From Octopus sinensis (lineage: Eukaryota), in the NCBI RefSeq assembly GCF_006345805.1, contig NC_043014.1, positions 15,128,001-15,192,000 of the forward strand: DNA of 64,000 nt. Reading direction: 5' to 3'. Shown piece after piece: positions 13,731 to 26,842 of this stretch; positions within the stretch are counted from its first letter, which is position 1, and every line of letters begins with the position of its first letter. A program made the translations under genes and the position numbers. The notes under the pieces are model-generated. The model had not been told where the DNA came from. It did not search any database and saw only the letters and a list, made by a program, of their open reading frames with translations.

Positions 13731-13945
13731 CCTTTCTACTATAGGCACAAGGCCTGAAATTCGGGGGGAGGGGCTAGTCAATTACATCAACCCCAGTGCA
13801 TAGCTGGTACTTATTTCATTGACCCTGAAATGATGAAAAGCAAAGTTGACCTCGGTGGAATTTGAACTCAGAATATATGGATTGACAAAACACCACTGAG
13901 CATTTTGCCTGGCATGCTGATGATTCTGCCAGCTTGCTGCCTTCC
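12818..13945 (-). mobile_element. Cluster of about 6 co-oriented family B SINE copies/fragments, partly separated by (TAA)n
   Basis: Repeated AAAGTCGACCTCGGCGGAATTTGAACTCAG...TAAGCATTT...CTGCCAGCT blocks. Confidence 0.85.
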
Positions 13946-14029
13946 TCTCTGAAAATGATATAACATCAAAACATCTAATAACAATGATGATGAGCCAGAT
14001 TGCTAGAAATAGCAGCTAAATCACCTCCT

Positions 14030-14250
14030 CCCTTTTGTTACTGTATTTATTTTGAGATGCTCTGTGTTTCTTTCAATTACTTTAAATATAACAAAGAATT
14101 TCGTAAAATAACTTAGTTATCATTAAGCTAGTGTCAGGAACATAAATTGTGACTAAGGTTTGGTGGCAGATTTTAATTCAAAACTTATGAAAACAAGACA
14201 TTTGTACTAAAGAGCTAGAGCTGGTTTCAGCCAGGTTGGTAACGAAAGGA
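14030..14250 (-). mobile_element. TTAA-type (piggyBac-like) MITE, short form of the 31249-32147 element
   Basis: Ends CCCTTTTGTTAC...GGTAACGAAAGGA-TTAA. Its reverse complement aligns by eye to the ends and one repeat unit of 31249-32147. Confidence 0.65.
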
Positions 14251-14529
14251 TTAATTGCACCTTCTGTTTTGAAAATGAATGTATTTTATGTATCTTTTAT
14301 TCTTTTTATATTTTACTTGTTTCAGTCATTGGACTGTGGCCATGCTGGAGAATTGCTTTTAAGGGTTTTAGTCAAACAAATTGACCCAAGTACTCAACTG
14401 TTTTTTTTTTTAGTCTGGTACTTACTACTTATTCTATCGGTCTATTTTGCTAAGCTGCTAAGTTATGGGAGTGTAAACAACCAACACCAGCTGTCAGCCA
14501 GTGTGTGTGGCACAAATACAGATACAAAG

Positions 14530-14568
<39 letters not shown>

Positions 14569-14584
14569 TACATACATACATGTA

Positions 14585-14620
<36 letters not shown>

Positions 14621-14682
14621 GATATATTTATATATATATGTTTGTTTATATATATATTTGTATACATATATATGTATATATG

Positions 14683-14713
<31 letters not shown>

Positions 14714-14718
14714 GCATG

Positions 14719-14767
<49 letters not shown>

Positions 14768-15008
14768 ATATATATATACATACACACATATACATATACA
14801 TGAATGTATATATATATATACATATATCAATAATATATTAATAAAGTACAATAAATAGAAAATAGTAATTACATTTTACTATTTATTGTACTTTATTGAT
14901 TTTTAGAATAAGGTTTTTATAGAATATATTTTTTCTATATGGTGTGATTAGCATCTTTCATTATTGAATTGTTTAATAGAGGTTTTTCTCTAAATTATAT
15001 ACATATAT

Positions 15009-15076
<68 letters not shown>

Positions 15077-15110
15077 TATATATTTAATATATATATATAT
15101 ATATATATAT
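14530..15110. repeat. (CA)n/(TA)n tract inside a minus-strand family A SINE, with a small inverted repeat at 14840-14900
   Basis: TAATAAAGTACAATAAATAG ... CTATTTATTGTACTTTATTG. Confidence 0.85.
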
Positions 15111-15489
15111 GAGACAGTATTCTACACAGTTTCCATCTATCAAATTCACTAACAAGGCATTGGTCAGCTTGGGTCTTTAGTAGATGACACTTTCCCAATG
15201 TGCCATGCAGTGGCACTGAGTCCAGAGACATGTGGCTGCAAAGTGAGATTCTTAACCAGACACCCATACTAACACACATGCACATACTCACACTTAAACA
15301 CACACACACACATGAATATGGAATGGCCATGAACAGAATGTCTTTGATCATGGGTCTGGCACAATCTGGACTGTCCTAGTATTAAACAGCAACAAAAGCA
15401 CAAGTAAAAAATACAAAATAAAGCCAACAACAACAAAAGTAACAAAAGAGCAATATGACCTTCTGCAAGTATTTGGGACAGATATAGAC

Positions 15490-16220
15490 ATGTAGCAATT
15501 TTGGGCTGGAGTGCTACATGAGATTGCACTATTACATATGATCATATGTAAATAAAGCAATCATAGGCTGGAATACTACATGTAGTTGCATGAAGGTAAA
15601 TGGCTCAAACATTACATGACATCACATATAGGGGACACAATCTTTAGATTGGAACTCACATGTAGATGAAAAGCCGCCATGGATGAAGTATTATGAGGTC
15701 ACATGAAGGTGACACAATCTATAGCTAAGTACTACATTACGCCACATGCAGGGGATACAATTTTAAGCTGGAAAAGTAGATGAGGTTACATGTAGGTAAG
15801 GTATTCTTAAGTTGGAATGATACATGAGAAGCTATATTGCTGAAGCACTTTTGAACAACTGAGGCCACATGTAAATGAAATAGTATTACATGAGGTCACT
15901 CATATAACAGAATCAGTTTGGGGTTGGAGTTCTACATGAAGATTCATGTAGATGAAGGTGTAATAGACTGGAATACTATATGATGTAACATGTATGTAAA
16001 ACAATCTTAGAATTAAATTCTATATGAGATATGATATTGGCAAAAATGATTTCCTGATCAAGTGCTACATGAGGCCACATGTAGCTGATGCATATTGTGG
16101 AAACAACATGAGTACTACATGAGTTTACATGTTGATGAAGCATACAGATGAAAACAATCTAAGATGGAGTACTACATGAGGTCATATAAATGAAGCTGCT
16201 GTGAGAGAGTACCATATGGT
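15490..16220. repeat. Old degenerate ~40-bp minisatellite
   Basis: Recurrent GGAGTACTACATGAGGTCACATGTAGATGAAG-like units. Confidence 0.7.
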
Positions 16221-16309
16221 TACTATTTTTGTTGTTGAGCAGACCTGTGATCAAAAGGAAAGCCAACTATGACCATCCCATCTGTTTTGTCTTGGCTCAA
16301 ATTATCCAA

Positions 16310-16640
<331 letters not shown>

Positions 16641-17989
16641 ATATGACAGGTTTCAAAACAGTTTCCATCTACCAAATTCATTCTCAAGGCATTGGTCAGC
16701 CTGGTTGGGCTATGAGACTATTGCAGAGAATATTTGCCCAAGGTGTCACACCGTGGGATTGAACCCAAAACCACATGGCTACAAAGCAAACTTCTTAACC
16801 ACACAGCCATACACACACACACACACACACAATGTTCAGTGGAATTATCAATCCTCATTTTTTTTGCCTCTCTTAATTGCACAAGAAAAATAAATGGTAA
16901 CACAAAGAGGCAAGAACATAGACCAAAATTCCAAACAGTATTTTTTTCCTCGTAGTTCCAATGTTCTCAACAAGAGAAATACCCCCACCACCACGACCAT
17001 CAAGTGTCCTCTCCTCCACTATGCAAAACCCTCCTCAACCCTACCGCCCCGCCCCATCTCATTCCTCTCTCTCCGGAACCACCTCACCTCCGTCCCCCCC
17101 ACACCCATCTAATTGTTGTATTCTATCTCCTGAGTTTGGTGACAAATTTCTTGATAGCTCCAATTATGGCAAATGTCAACCCCCCACCGGCGAGGGGAGC
17201 AGGTCTGGGTGGACTGGAGCGAGAAACTGAGAGGTGGATGATGGAAAGCGGTGGAGATGGTGGTGGTGCTGACGACGGTGGCGGTGGCGGCGGTGGTGGC
17301 GGTGGTGGTGGTGGTGGCAGTGGTGGTGGTGGCAGTGGTGGTGGTATTGTTAATGGTGTTGTTAATAACATTGTTGATGGTGGCATCGGTGGTGGTGGTG
17401 TTGGTGTTGGCAAGTGGGAGTAGGGGTGGTGGAATAAGGAATGAGGGTGGCAATGGGTGTGTCACAGATTCTCCATGATAAATAACATGTAATTTTGTCA
17501 ACAATGACTTTTTTCTTTTATTTATATATTTATTTGATGTTCCAGAATTTCTATTTATTGATATGCATGCATTTCAGGATTTCATATGTCAAGATATATG
17601 TATGTGTGTGTGTATTACATATACATATATATATCTTTTACTTGTTTCAGTCATTTGACTGTGGCCATGCTGAAGTGCTGCCTTTACTCGAACAAATCTA
17701 CCCCAGGACTTATGGGGATGGTAAACTAGACAGCTGCACCAGATTCCAATTTGCTTTGGCTTGGTTCCTACAGCTGGATGCTTGTCCTAATGTAATTACT
17801 CCACACTTTTGTAAACAGAAACTGTGTTCAATATATATGAATATAAATGCAGAATATATACGTATATGTGTGTGTATACACACCCATATATTCTACACAG
17901 TTTCTGTTTACCAGAGTCACTCACAGGGCACTGATTAGTCTGGGGTTATAGCAGTACATAACATTTGACCAAAGTGCCCCATAGTGGAA

Positions 17990-18032
<43 letters not shown>

Positions 18033-18227
18033 AGGTGAATGAATTATCCTATGTTTACCGTCAACATGGAAAATTCGATGAACCGATACCAGGGTAGCAA
18101 ATTCACGTCAGAAACATGGTTGAAGCGACCTGTCCAAGGGTAGAAACTCCAGGTTCATGTGCAGAAATTTGTGTGTTATATATGAATAAATAAATAAATG
18201 GAGTTGAACGAAGATGTTAACAAAATT

Positions 18228-18320
18228 CCTTTACTCTCGACATATGTTTCGAAGACAACATGGTTTCATTCCAAAGGAATAAACGGTGCAAGATGCAATC
18301 TTCTCATCAGGAAAGAAAGG
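18228..18320 (-). ncRNA. Type I hammerhead ribozyme with intact catalytic core and extended stem II
   Basis: Minus strand: CCTTTCTTTC-CTGATGA-GAAGA-(43 nt)-TCTTC-GAAA-CATATG-TC-GAGAGTAAAGG. All core nucleotides are canonical, stem III is palindromic (ACATATGT), and GUC cleavage is predicted between 18239 and 18238. Confidence 0.85.
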
Positions 18321-18883
18321 GTGCCTCTCTCAACAACAAGACAAACAAAAATATATATAAATATATATATATATGCAGATGTATATGTATGCAAGTACAC
18401 ATAAACCAAGAAACAAAGCAACAACCCCACCCCACACATTCAGACAAAAAAACATCTAAGCAAATCGATAACATCATCATCATCATCATTATCATTATCA
18501 CTGTTTTTATCATCATAATCATCAACATCGTCATCCCATCAAAATTTTCATCACCACCACCACCACTACCACCAACTCCATCATCATTATATCATACAGA
18601 CATTTTAACTTTTTGAAACAGACCACTCTCTTTATCTATCATTATGATATATATATACACACATACATTTGTGTGTATGTGTGTGTGTGTTTTTGTGCTT
18701 GTATGTACATGTGTGTGTGCATTCTTGTATGTTTGACTGTGTGTGAGCACAATGTGTGTGTGTATGTGCGTGTGTGTGAGAGTTTGTGTGTTTGTGTGTG
18801 TGCTTATGTGTATGTACGTGTGTATGCAAGTGTGTATGTGTGTGCATGTGTGTGAGTATATGTGTGTGTGTGTGTCTGTGTGT

Positions 18884-18937
<54 letters not shown>

Positions 18938-19277
18938 ATGTAATGAATTCTACAACAAAAGATGGTCGTAGATATAGAGTAAACTTTATCTCCAAAAAAA
19001 GATTACTTTCCATGAAAATACAGGAAATAAATCTCTGCCAATTTTGAAAAGTAAATTTTTGTGAAAATGATTTTTGCACACAATTTTTCAAAATAACTTT
19101 AATAGCTCCTATAAATTACATGCACACACACACACAGACACACATACACATGCATATATATATTTGGATATGTATGTGTGTATATATCCATCTATCTTTA
19201 TATAAGCATGTGTGTGTCTGTGTGTGTGTGAGTGAGCGTGTGCATATCCATCTATCTATCTTTAAATATAAATGGCA

Positions 19278-19492
19278 CCCTTAGCATTTAAACCAGCCAT
19301 AGCTGGCCCAGATATTCTATTTGTTTTATGTTCAAACTGGCCAGATCCATCCTCTCACACCTACCCTACAATGTTCTTCTAAAAACAGTCACATCGTAGA
19401 GATCTCAAAGCTACAAGATAATGCATGATTAATCTAAACCAGTACAAATATATAACCAATGCATTTGACAGAATAATCTGAATGCTAAAGGG
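19278..19492. mobile_element. TTAA-type MITE family 2
   Basis: TIRs CCCTTAGCATT / AATGCTAAAGGG. Other copies at 33175-33776 and 36488-36709. Confidence 0.75.
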
Positions 19493-19689
19493 TTACATAT
19501 CAAATACTCAACTCAAAGTAATTAATAATAATTTGGTGAAAACACATGGTGAGGCTGGAAATGAGAGAATGATAAATGACAAGATTAATGATAAAGAAAT
19601 GAAAATAAAGCTACAAAATTAAAGATGACAAAACAAGGAAAAATTGGTAAAGATAGGATAATAAGAATATATTGTCAGAATCAAATTCG

Positions 19690-20290
19690 ATGACTGGCGT
19701 CTGTGCTAGCGGGGTGCAAAGAGCACCATACGAGTGTGATCATTGACAGAGTGGCTAACCGGCTTCCGTGCCAGTGGCACTTAAAAGGCTCCATTGGAGT
19801 GTGATCGTTAGCAGTGTTGCCTTACTGGCACTCGAGCCCTGTGCTAGTAGGGTATTAAGAGCACCATCCGAGTGTGATCGTTGCCAGAGCGGCTCTCTGG
19901 CCTCCATGCCGGTGGCACGTAAAAGACACCATTCGAGCATGATCGTTACCAGCATCGCCTTACAGGCACCTGTGCCGGTAGCATGTGTAAAAGATTCGAG
20001 TGAGGTCGTTGCCAGTACCGCCTGACTGGCTCCATGACAGTGGCACGTAAAAGCACCCGTAACACTCTCAGAGTGGTTGGCGTTAGGAAGGGCATCCAGC
20101 CATAGAAAAACCATGCCAAATCAGGCTGGAGTGTGGTGCAGCCATCCAGCTTATCACTTACCAGCCTTGGTCAAACCATCCAACCCACACCAGCATGGAC
20201 AACGGACGTTAAGTGATGATGATGATGATGATGATGATGATGACGAATTAGACGATGATGGAGGTGGTGATGATGATGATGATGATATAT
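19690..20290 (+). mobile_element. RTE-tailed element with internal subrepeats and (GAT)n tail
   Basis: GTGCCAGTGGCAC...GAGTGTGATCGTT subrepeats, GTTGGCGTTAGGAAGGGCATCCAGC, CCAGCATGGACAACGGACGTTAA then (GAT)n. Confidence 0.8.
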
Positions 20291-20904
20291 ATATGGATGG
20301 ATGTATGTATACAGCTGAAGCTAATGGTAAGAAGTTTGCTTCCCAATCACATGGTTTCAGGTTCAGTCCTACTGCATGGCACCTTGGGCAAATGTCTTCT
20401 ATTATAGCCCCAGGCTGACCTAAGCCTTGTGAATGGATTTGGCAGTTGGAAGCTGAAAGAAGCCTATTGTATATTTGTGTGTGTGTGTGCATGTGTGTGT
20501 GTGCCTCTGTATGTGTATGTGTGTGCGTGTTATTATTTCCTCTCCTCAACATCACATGATGGTTGAAAGCAAGTGTAACTGTCGTTCAAGGAGTGTTCTT
20601 TGTTTCCAATCTGTGATTTGTCAGGTGACGGGACAATATTTCTTGGAAACAGGTGAGAATTGGCAACAGGAAGAACATCAGGTGCACACACACACACACA
20701 CACATGTATGCATGCATGCAGGCACACACACACACAATGGGCCTCTATGCAGTTCTTCTCTGCGAAATTCAATCACACTGCATCGTTCAACCCAGAGCTA
20801 AAGTAGGAAGATACTGCTGTTTGAACCTTAAACCCTGTGGTTGAAAAGTAAGCTTCTTACCTACATAGCCATACCTGAATTATCCAGAGTATCTTTTTTT
20901 TCAC

Positions 20905-21267
20905 AAATATCTCCTTTGAGTAAAACCACCAATAAAAGAGAATATGACCAAAGACTGCGTGTACTCCATCTGATGCAGCTGTGGTAGGTTATACAAAGAT
21001 GAAACATGCCGCCCCCTCAAAATAAGGGTAGAGGAACATCGCTGTGACATGAGGAGATATTGATAACTCAGGTATAGCTGATCATGTATGGAAAAATGAA
21101 GACCTCCCCCCCTGTGGGATGAAGTTAAGATAATAGACAGAGAACACCACTGGAAAATACGAAAACTAAAAGAAGCAGCTCATATGCTAGGACACAACAA
21201 CCTCTTAAGCAGACCAAGTGCAGATATGAGCAGCATATGGGAATCGGTGTTAAGGAAGGATAGGTAA
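20905..21267 (+). pseudogene. Penelope-like GIY-YIG endonuclease remnant
   Basis: Reads KYLL*VKPPIKENMTKDCVYSI*CSCGRLYKDETCRPLKIRVEEHR...SGIADHVW...LWDEVKIIDREHHWKIRKLKEAAHMLGHNNLLSRPSADMSSIWESVLRKDR*, with stops and indels. Confidence 0.85.
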
Positions 21268-21311
21268 ATATTAGATTTATAAGCCCTAAAATTCACTCCA
21301 TAATTACCTAC

Positions 21312-21384
21312 GGGCATATGGTGCAGTGGTTAAGAGCACAGGCTACTAACCCTAAGATTCCGAGTTCAATTCCAAGCAGTGACC
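21312..21384 (+). promoter_or_regulatory. tRNA-like segment with Pol III A and B boxes inside the PLE 3' region
   Basis: TGGTGCAGTGGTTAAGAGC (A box/D arm), loop CTACTAA, GAGTTCAATTCC (B box). The acceptor stem is poor, so it is not called a tRNA gene. Confidence 0.7.
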
Positions 21385-21461
21385 TGAATGATAATAATAA
21401 TAATAATAATAACATCAAAAAATACCTTAGGAATGAGAACCCAGGTTTGAAATTTCCCCAA

Positions 21462-21507
21462 GACACCTGAAGAAGGCTGGAGGGTATATCAGCCGAAATG
21501 TTGTGTT
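21462..21507 (+). ncRNA. Minimal type I hammerhead ribozyme of PLE pLTR
   Basis: GACAC-CTGAAGA-A-GGCTG gagggtatat CAGCC-GAAA-TG-TT-GTGTT. Confidence 0.8.
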
Positions 21508-21919
21508 AATAACAAACAAGTTGAGGACAAATATCTGTCGAATGTAAATAATGTATCTTTTTTTTTTTACTTTGATGATAGCACAATTCAATTTCAAGAA
21601 GATTTAGCTGCTATTTCTAAAAGCTCTTGTAGACATGTAACCACACCCTTCTTGGCTCAGTTTTCCCTCATTAACTCTTCAGCAGATAAATATTGTAAGG
21701 TGGGGAATTTTAAAACAGACAATAAGTTGTTTAAATTCAGTTAGTTTCCTTTGCTCGTTAAAGTAATTTACATTTTAAATTCAGATTTTAAACTCATTAT
21801 AAAACTCACTTATTTCAAGAATTCTCTTTTCCCAGAATGTTTTTTTTCACAGGGTTTTATTTAAGGAGGTGATGGGTAGATGGGAATTATAAGAAGCATG
21901 TTGATAGGTGGTAATAATA

Positions 21920-21968
<49 letters not shown>

Positions 21969-22075
21969 TCATATACTTTTTTCTTTTGGTACAACTTCCT
22001 TAAAAGGTTGCCAAAATATTTAAGACAAATGCTCTCCAAAAGAAAATAATATATGCATGTAGATCTGTGTGAATA

Positions 22076-22116
<41 letters not shown>

Positions 22117-22311
22117 TATATATGTGTGTGTGTACACATGTGGCTGTGTGGTAGGAAATTTGCTTCTCACCCGTATGATTTTGGATTCAGTCCTATTGTC
22201 TGGCACCTTGGCAAGCGTCTTTTACTATAGTACCAAAGCTTTGTGACTGGATTTGGTAGACAGAAACTGAAAGAAGCCTGGCATTTATATCTACATATAT
22301 ATAGATATACC

Positions 22312-22471
22312 AAAACAGGAAAATGTAAATTTATTGGTATCATTTATTCTCCATTACACATATTTCGTTGGCAAAAATTCTAACATATAAAATGTCCTAA
22401 TCCCTAGTTGCAAATGAAACATGTGTATTCGTAAATAAATAATACCATTAAGCTTTCTAACTTACTGTTTT
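22312..22471. repeat. Degenerate inverted repeat, likely an old PLE fold-back
   Basis: AAAACAG...TGGTAT...TTTATT...TACACATATTTC pairs imperfectly with GAAACATGTGTA...AATAAATAATACCA...CTGTTTT. Confidence 0.5.
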
Positions 22472-22646
22472 GTAATGCAATTATTCTGCAAATTACAAAT
22501 GATATTTCCATAATTCCCAATTTTAATACGTGTTCTGACTGGCACACACCAGCACCTGTGACCACATTCTGGATTCTAATAATGGAATAAGCAGATGTGC
22601 TTCAAACAGGTGAGATTTTATTGTAACTATCCACATTATATATACT

Positions 22647-22688
<42 letters not shown>

Positions 22689-22829
22689 CATGCCCATGCT
22701 AGCATGGAAAACACACGTTAAACGATGATGATGATGATGATGATGATGATGATATACACACATATATATATGTACACACACATATATATACATATATACA
22801 CACACACATACACACACACATACACATAT

Positions 22830-22877
<48 letters not shown>

Positions 22878-22884
22878 TACTTTC

Positions 22885-23096
22885 TTTTTTCTTTTATTTG
22901 TTTCAGACTGTGACCATACTGGAGCACTGCCTTTTTAGTCGAACAAATCGACCCCAGGACTTATTCTTTGTAAGCCTAGTACTTATTCTATTGGGGTCTT
23001 TTGTCAAACCGCTAAGTTTCGGGAACGTAAACACACCAGCCTCAGTTGTCAAGCGATGTTGGGGGAAGACAAACACAGACACATAAACATGTACAT

Positions 23097-23127
<31 letters not shown>

Positions 23128-23222
23128 CGATGGGCTTCTTTCAGTTTCCGTCTACCAAATCCACGCACAAGGCTTTGGTAGGCCCGAGGCTATAGTAGAA
23201 GACACTTGCCCAAGGTGCCATG
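22885..23222 (-). mobile_element. SINE family A (head truncated)
   Basis: Reverse-complement match to the family A body. Confidence 0.85.
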
Positions 23223-23589
23223 TGTGTATTTTTGTATATATGTATGTACTTTGTTATTTTACTTCATTCTACATATGTCCCATGCTATAGTAAAGATTTT
23301 TTTGTCAATCCAAATATTTCCTCCACCTCCTTCCCACCCCTTACTGGCACTGATCTGGTCAGCATTGATATATAAGCTAATTCATTACTAGTTTTGTGTG
23401 CTGTTCATATGCATGTCTGTACTTATCTAGCAAAGGCCAGAGAAATCTTTTTAACTTCCATGTCAAACCGTATTTTTTTATAACTTAAAACGGCAAGGAG
23501 GGCAGTACCATACCAATTTGCAGGGTATCCAATATGGGTGGGTAGAAGAGATGAAGATATTCTTCACTTTTGTTTGTGAGATTCTTATG

Positions 23590-24140
23590 TTAAGATATTG
23601 TACCCCCTTCGAAAATGGACAGAGATAGAGCTACAGGAATTAGACCAAAGAACAAGAGAGCTGTTCACAATGCACAATAGGCACTAGTCTAAAAGTAATA
23701 CTGACAGACTCTGCCTACCGAAAATGGAAGGAAGCAGAGGATTGCTAAATGCAGAAGATATCATTAGTTCTACAATACTGGAGATAAAAACTATGTTGGA
23801 TGTAATGAAGAAAGAATACTGTTTTGGAGCAGAAATATCTAAAATGTCACTGAAACAATAAGAGAATTCAAGAACAGACGGGAAAATAACTGGATGAATA
23901 GCTAGAAAGAGAGGAAATTACATGGCTAATTCATGCAGCAAACTGAGGATTTTGGTTGTCGTGAACATGTGGAAACCTGAAACAGGAATTTGAATAACTA
24001 ATTTTAGAGGCTCAGGAACAAGCCATCAGAATGAAGTTCATAAAGACAAAGATTGACAAAATTTAATCAAAGATCAAATCTGTAGTGAAAATAAGTGAAT
24101 CTTATGTGATTGCAGTAAGCTAACACAAGAAGAGTATAAA
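23590..24140 (+). pseudogene. R4/Dong-clade LINE ORF remnant (region downstream of RT)
   Basis: Reads LDQRTRELFTMHNRH*SKSNTDRLCLPKMEGSRGLL...KLHG*F...LILEAQEQAIR, resembling the DRLYLPRKEGGRGL and IIAAQDQAL motifs of R4/Dong elements. Confidence 0.7.
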
Positions 24141-24169
24141 TGCAAATCTTGACAGTGTCGCCAGCTCTC

Positions 24170-24173
24170 TCTT

Positions 24174-24226
<53 letters not shown>

Positions 24227-24406
24227 TTATCAATCTATCTATTTATCAATCTATCTACCAGGCTGTTTGGCTGTCTGGCTGTCTATCTGTCTGCTTATCT
24301 ATCTAAATCAATTTCTCTGTCTATCTATTGATCTATCTACCTATCTATCTATCTATCTATCTATCGAAGTATCTATCTATCGAAGTATCTATCCATTTGA
24401 TCTATC

Positions 24407-24437
<31 letters not shown>

Positions 24438-24464
24438 CTATCTAACTATCTCTCTATATATTTG

Positions 24465-24497
<33 letters not shown>

Positions 24498-24597
24498 TTA
24501 TTTATTTATCAATCTATCCACCTGGCTGTCTATCTATCTGTCTGTCTGTTTATCTATCTAAATCAATTTCTCTATCTATCTATCTATCTATCTATCA
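24170..24597. repeat. (TATC)n microsatellite with internal duplication
   Basis: Directly visible. Confidence 0.95.
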
Positions 24598-24909
24598 AAT
24601 GCTCATAAGTAAAAAAGTATAGGAGCATCTATGTAGTTAATACACCTAAGTGCTCAATTCAAAACAGCAAGGTTTTTCTTTCTGCCAACACACCCTGTTC
24701 TCTTTAAAGAATAAGGAATAGATCCACATTGTTTTTCGTTTTGTTTTGTTTGCTTTATGGTCTCTAGATCTCCATCTCATCCACCCCACTACCCACCTCC
24801 TTTCCTGTACACACAATAAAAACAAGATGGCCCATTGATAATCATAACACTACCTAAAGGATTCTTTTGGTCAGCTGTTTCCCTATCGTAATTGTACTGA
24901 AGCAACCCA

Positions 24910-25138
24910 ACGACAACAACAGCAACTAAACGTGCTGCTGCTCCTGCTGCTGCTATTACAACTACTTCTACTACGATTACTTCCACTACTGATGCCACTG
25001 CTTCTACTACTACTACCACCATCATCACCTACACTACTACTACTGCTGCTGCTGCTGCTCCTACTGCTACTACTACTACTACTTCCACTACTACTAACAT
25101 CACTATTGCTGCTGCTGCTACTACTCCTACTACTACTC

Positions 25139-25172
<34 letters not shown>

Positions 25173-25294
25173 CACTACTACTAATACCACTACAACTAAC
25201 ATCACTATTGCTGCTGCTGCTACTACTACAACTACCACTACAACTACTACTACTTCCACTACTACTAATACCACTACAACTAACATCACTATTG

Positions 25295-25340
<46 letters not shown>

Positions 25341-26290
25341 AACTACTACTACTACTACTACTACTACCTACTTCCACTACTACTAATACCACTATAACCA
25401 ACATTACTATTGTTGCTGCTGCTACTACTACTACTACTTCTACTACTACTATTACTACTACTTCCACTTCCACTAATACCACTACAACCAGCACCACTGC
25501 TGCTTCTACTATAACTACTACTACTAAAATATTACTACTACAACTACTACTACTACAACTACTACTACTGCTACTGATGCTGCTGCTGTTACTACCACCA
25601 CCACTACCATGTGGCTACTACTACTACTATTACTGCTACTACTACTAAAATACTATACAACGACTACTGCTGCTGCTATTACCACCGCCACCATTACCAT
25701 ACATTACTACTACTACTACTACTTCCACTACTGCTAATACCACTACAACCAACATCACTACTGTTGCTGCTGCTGCTACTGCTACTACTACTTCTACTAC
25801 TACTACTATTACTACTACTTCCAGTACCACTAATACCACTACAACCAACGCCACTACTGTTGCTGCTGCTACTACTATAACTACTACTACTAAAATACTA
25901 CTACTACTACAACAACTACTACTACTACTACCACTACTACAACTACTGATATGCTGCATTTACCACCACCACCACTAACATATGGCTACTACTACTACTA
26001 AAATACTACTACTACGACTGCTGCTGCTACTATTACCACCACCACCACTACCATACATTACTACTACTACTACTACTACTATGACTACAACTACTTCTAA
26101 TACCACCACCACTACTATTGATGCTGCATATGCTGCTGCTGCTACTACTACTACTACTACCACCACCACCATCATCATCCCCACCCCCACTACCACCACC
26201 ATTATCACCACCACTACCACCATCATTGATGCTGCTAATGTTGCTGCTGCTGCTGCTACTACTACTACTACGACTACGACTACGACTATG

Positions 26291-26322
<32 letters not shown>

Positions 26323-26355
26323 GACTACGACTACGACTACTACTACTACTGCTAC
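24910..26355. repeat. ~1.45-kb (TAC)n/(TGC)n/(CAC)n cryptic trinucleotide array with longer-period duplications
   Basis: Recurrent ACTTCCACTACTACTAATACCACTACAACTAACATCACTATTGCTG blocks. Confidence 0.95.
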
Positions 26356-26842
26356 AGGGAAGTACCTGATACAAGTTGGAGTTTGTTTGTTTTTGCTGAA
26401 TCATAAAAGCAAACAGCAACAGTGGAAACCCATTACAATAACAGTTTGTTAAGTGCTGTGTTTTTTCAGAAGAACCTATTTTTAATGACAACTCCCACAT
26501 ACCACATTATCTGATTAGTAAAATGGGTGCCAGAAACAACAACAACAACAACAACAACAACTAAACATCATCATCATCATCATTTAACGTCCACTTTCCA
26601 TGCTGGCATGGGTTAGACGGTTTGCCTGGAACTGTTAAGTCACAGAGTTGCACCGGGTTCCAGTCTTGATTTGGCATGGTTTCTACGATTGAATGCCCTT
26701 CCTAACGCCAACCCCTCCGAGAATGTCGTGGGTGCTTTTTATGTGCTACTGGCACATGGGCGATGACAATAATTCCGTGGGTGCCATTTACATAACACTG
26801 GTAACAGTTTTGACTATGATTTCACATGGCTTGACAATCTTC

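Larger units (their letters stand above)
20902..21552 (+). mobile_element. 5'-truncated Penelope-like element: GIY-YIG remnant, tRNA-like segment, HHR-bearing pLTR
   Basis: Flanked by duplicated GTATCTTTTTTTT (20889-20901 and 21553-21565); see component features. Confidence 0.85.

Noticed and set aside
17004-17504. Gly-rich and Pro-rich ORFs
   Set aside because: Driven by (GGT/GGC)n; no recognisable domain or convincing splice context.
21312-21384. Possible genuine tRNA gene (also SINE heads at 51235 and 53060-53131)
   Set aside because: Acceptor stems do not pair properly and the segments are embedded in mobile elements.
24883-26500. Long poly-Leu/Ser/Thr/Val ORFs (up to 238 aa)
   Set aside because: They are translations of (TAC)n/(TGC)n repeats, open in several frames on both strands, with no domain signal.
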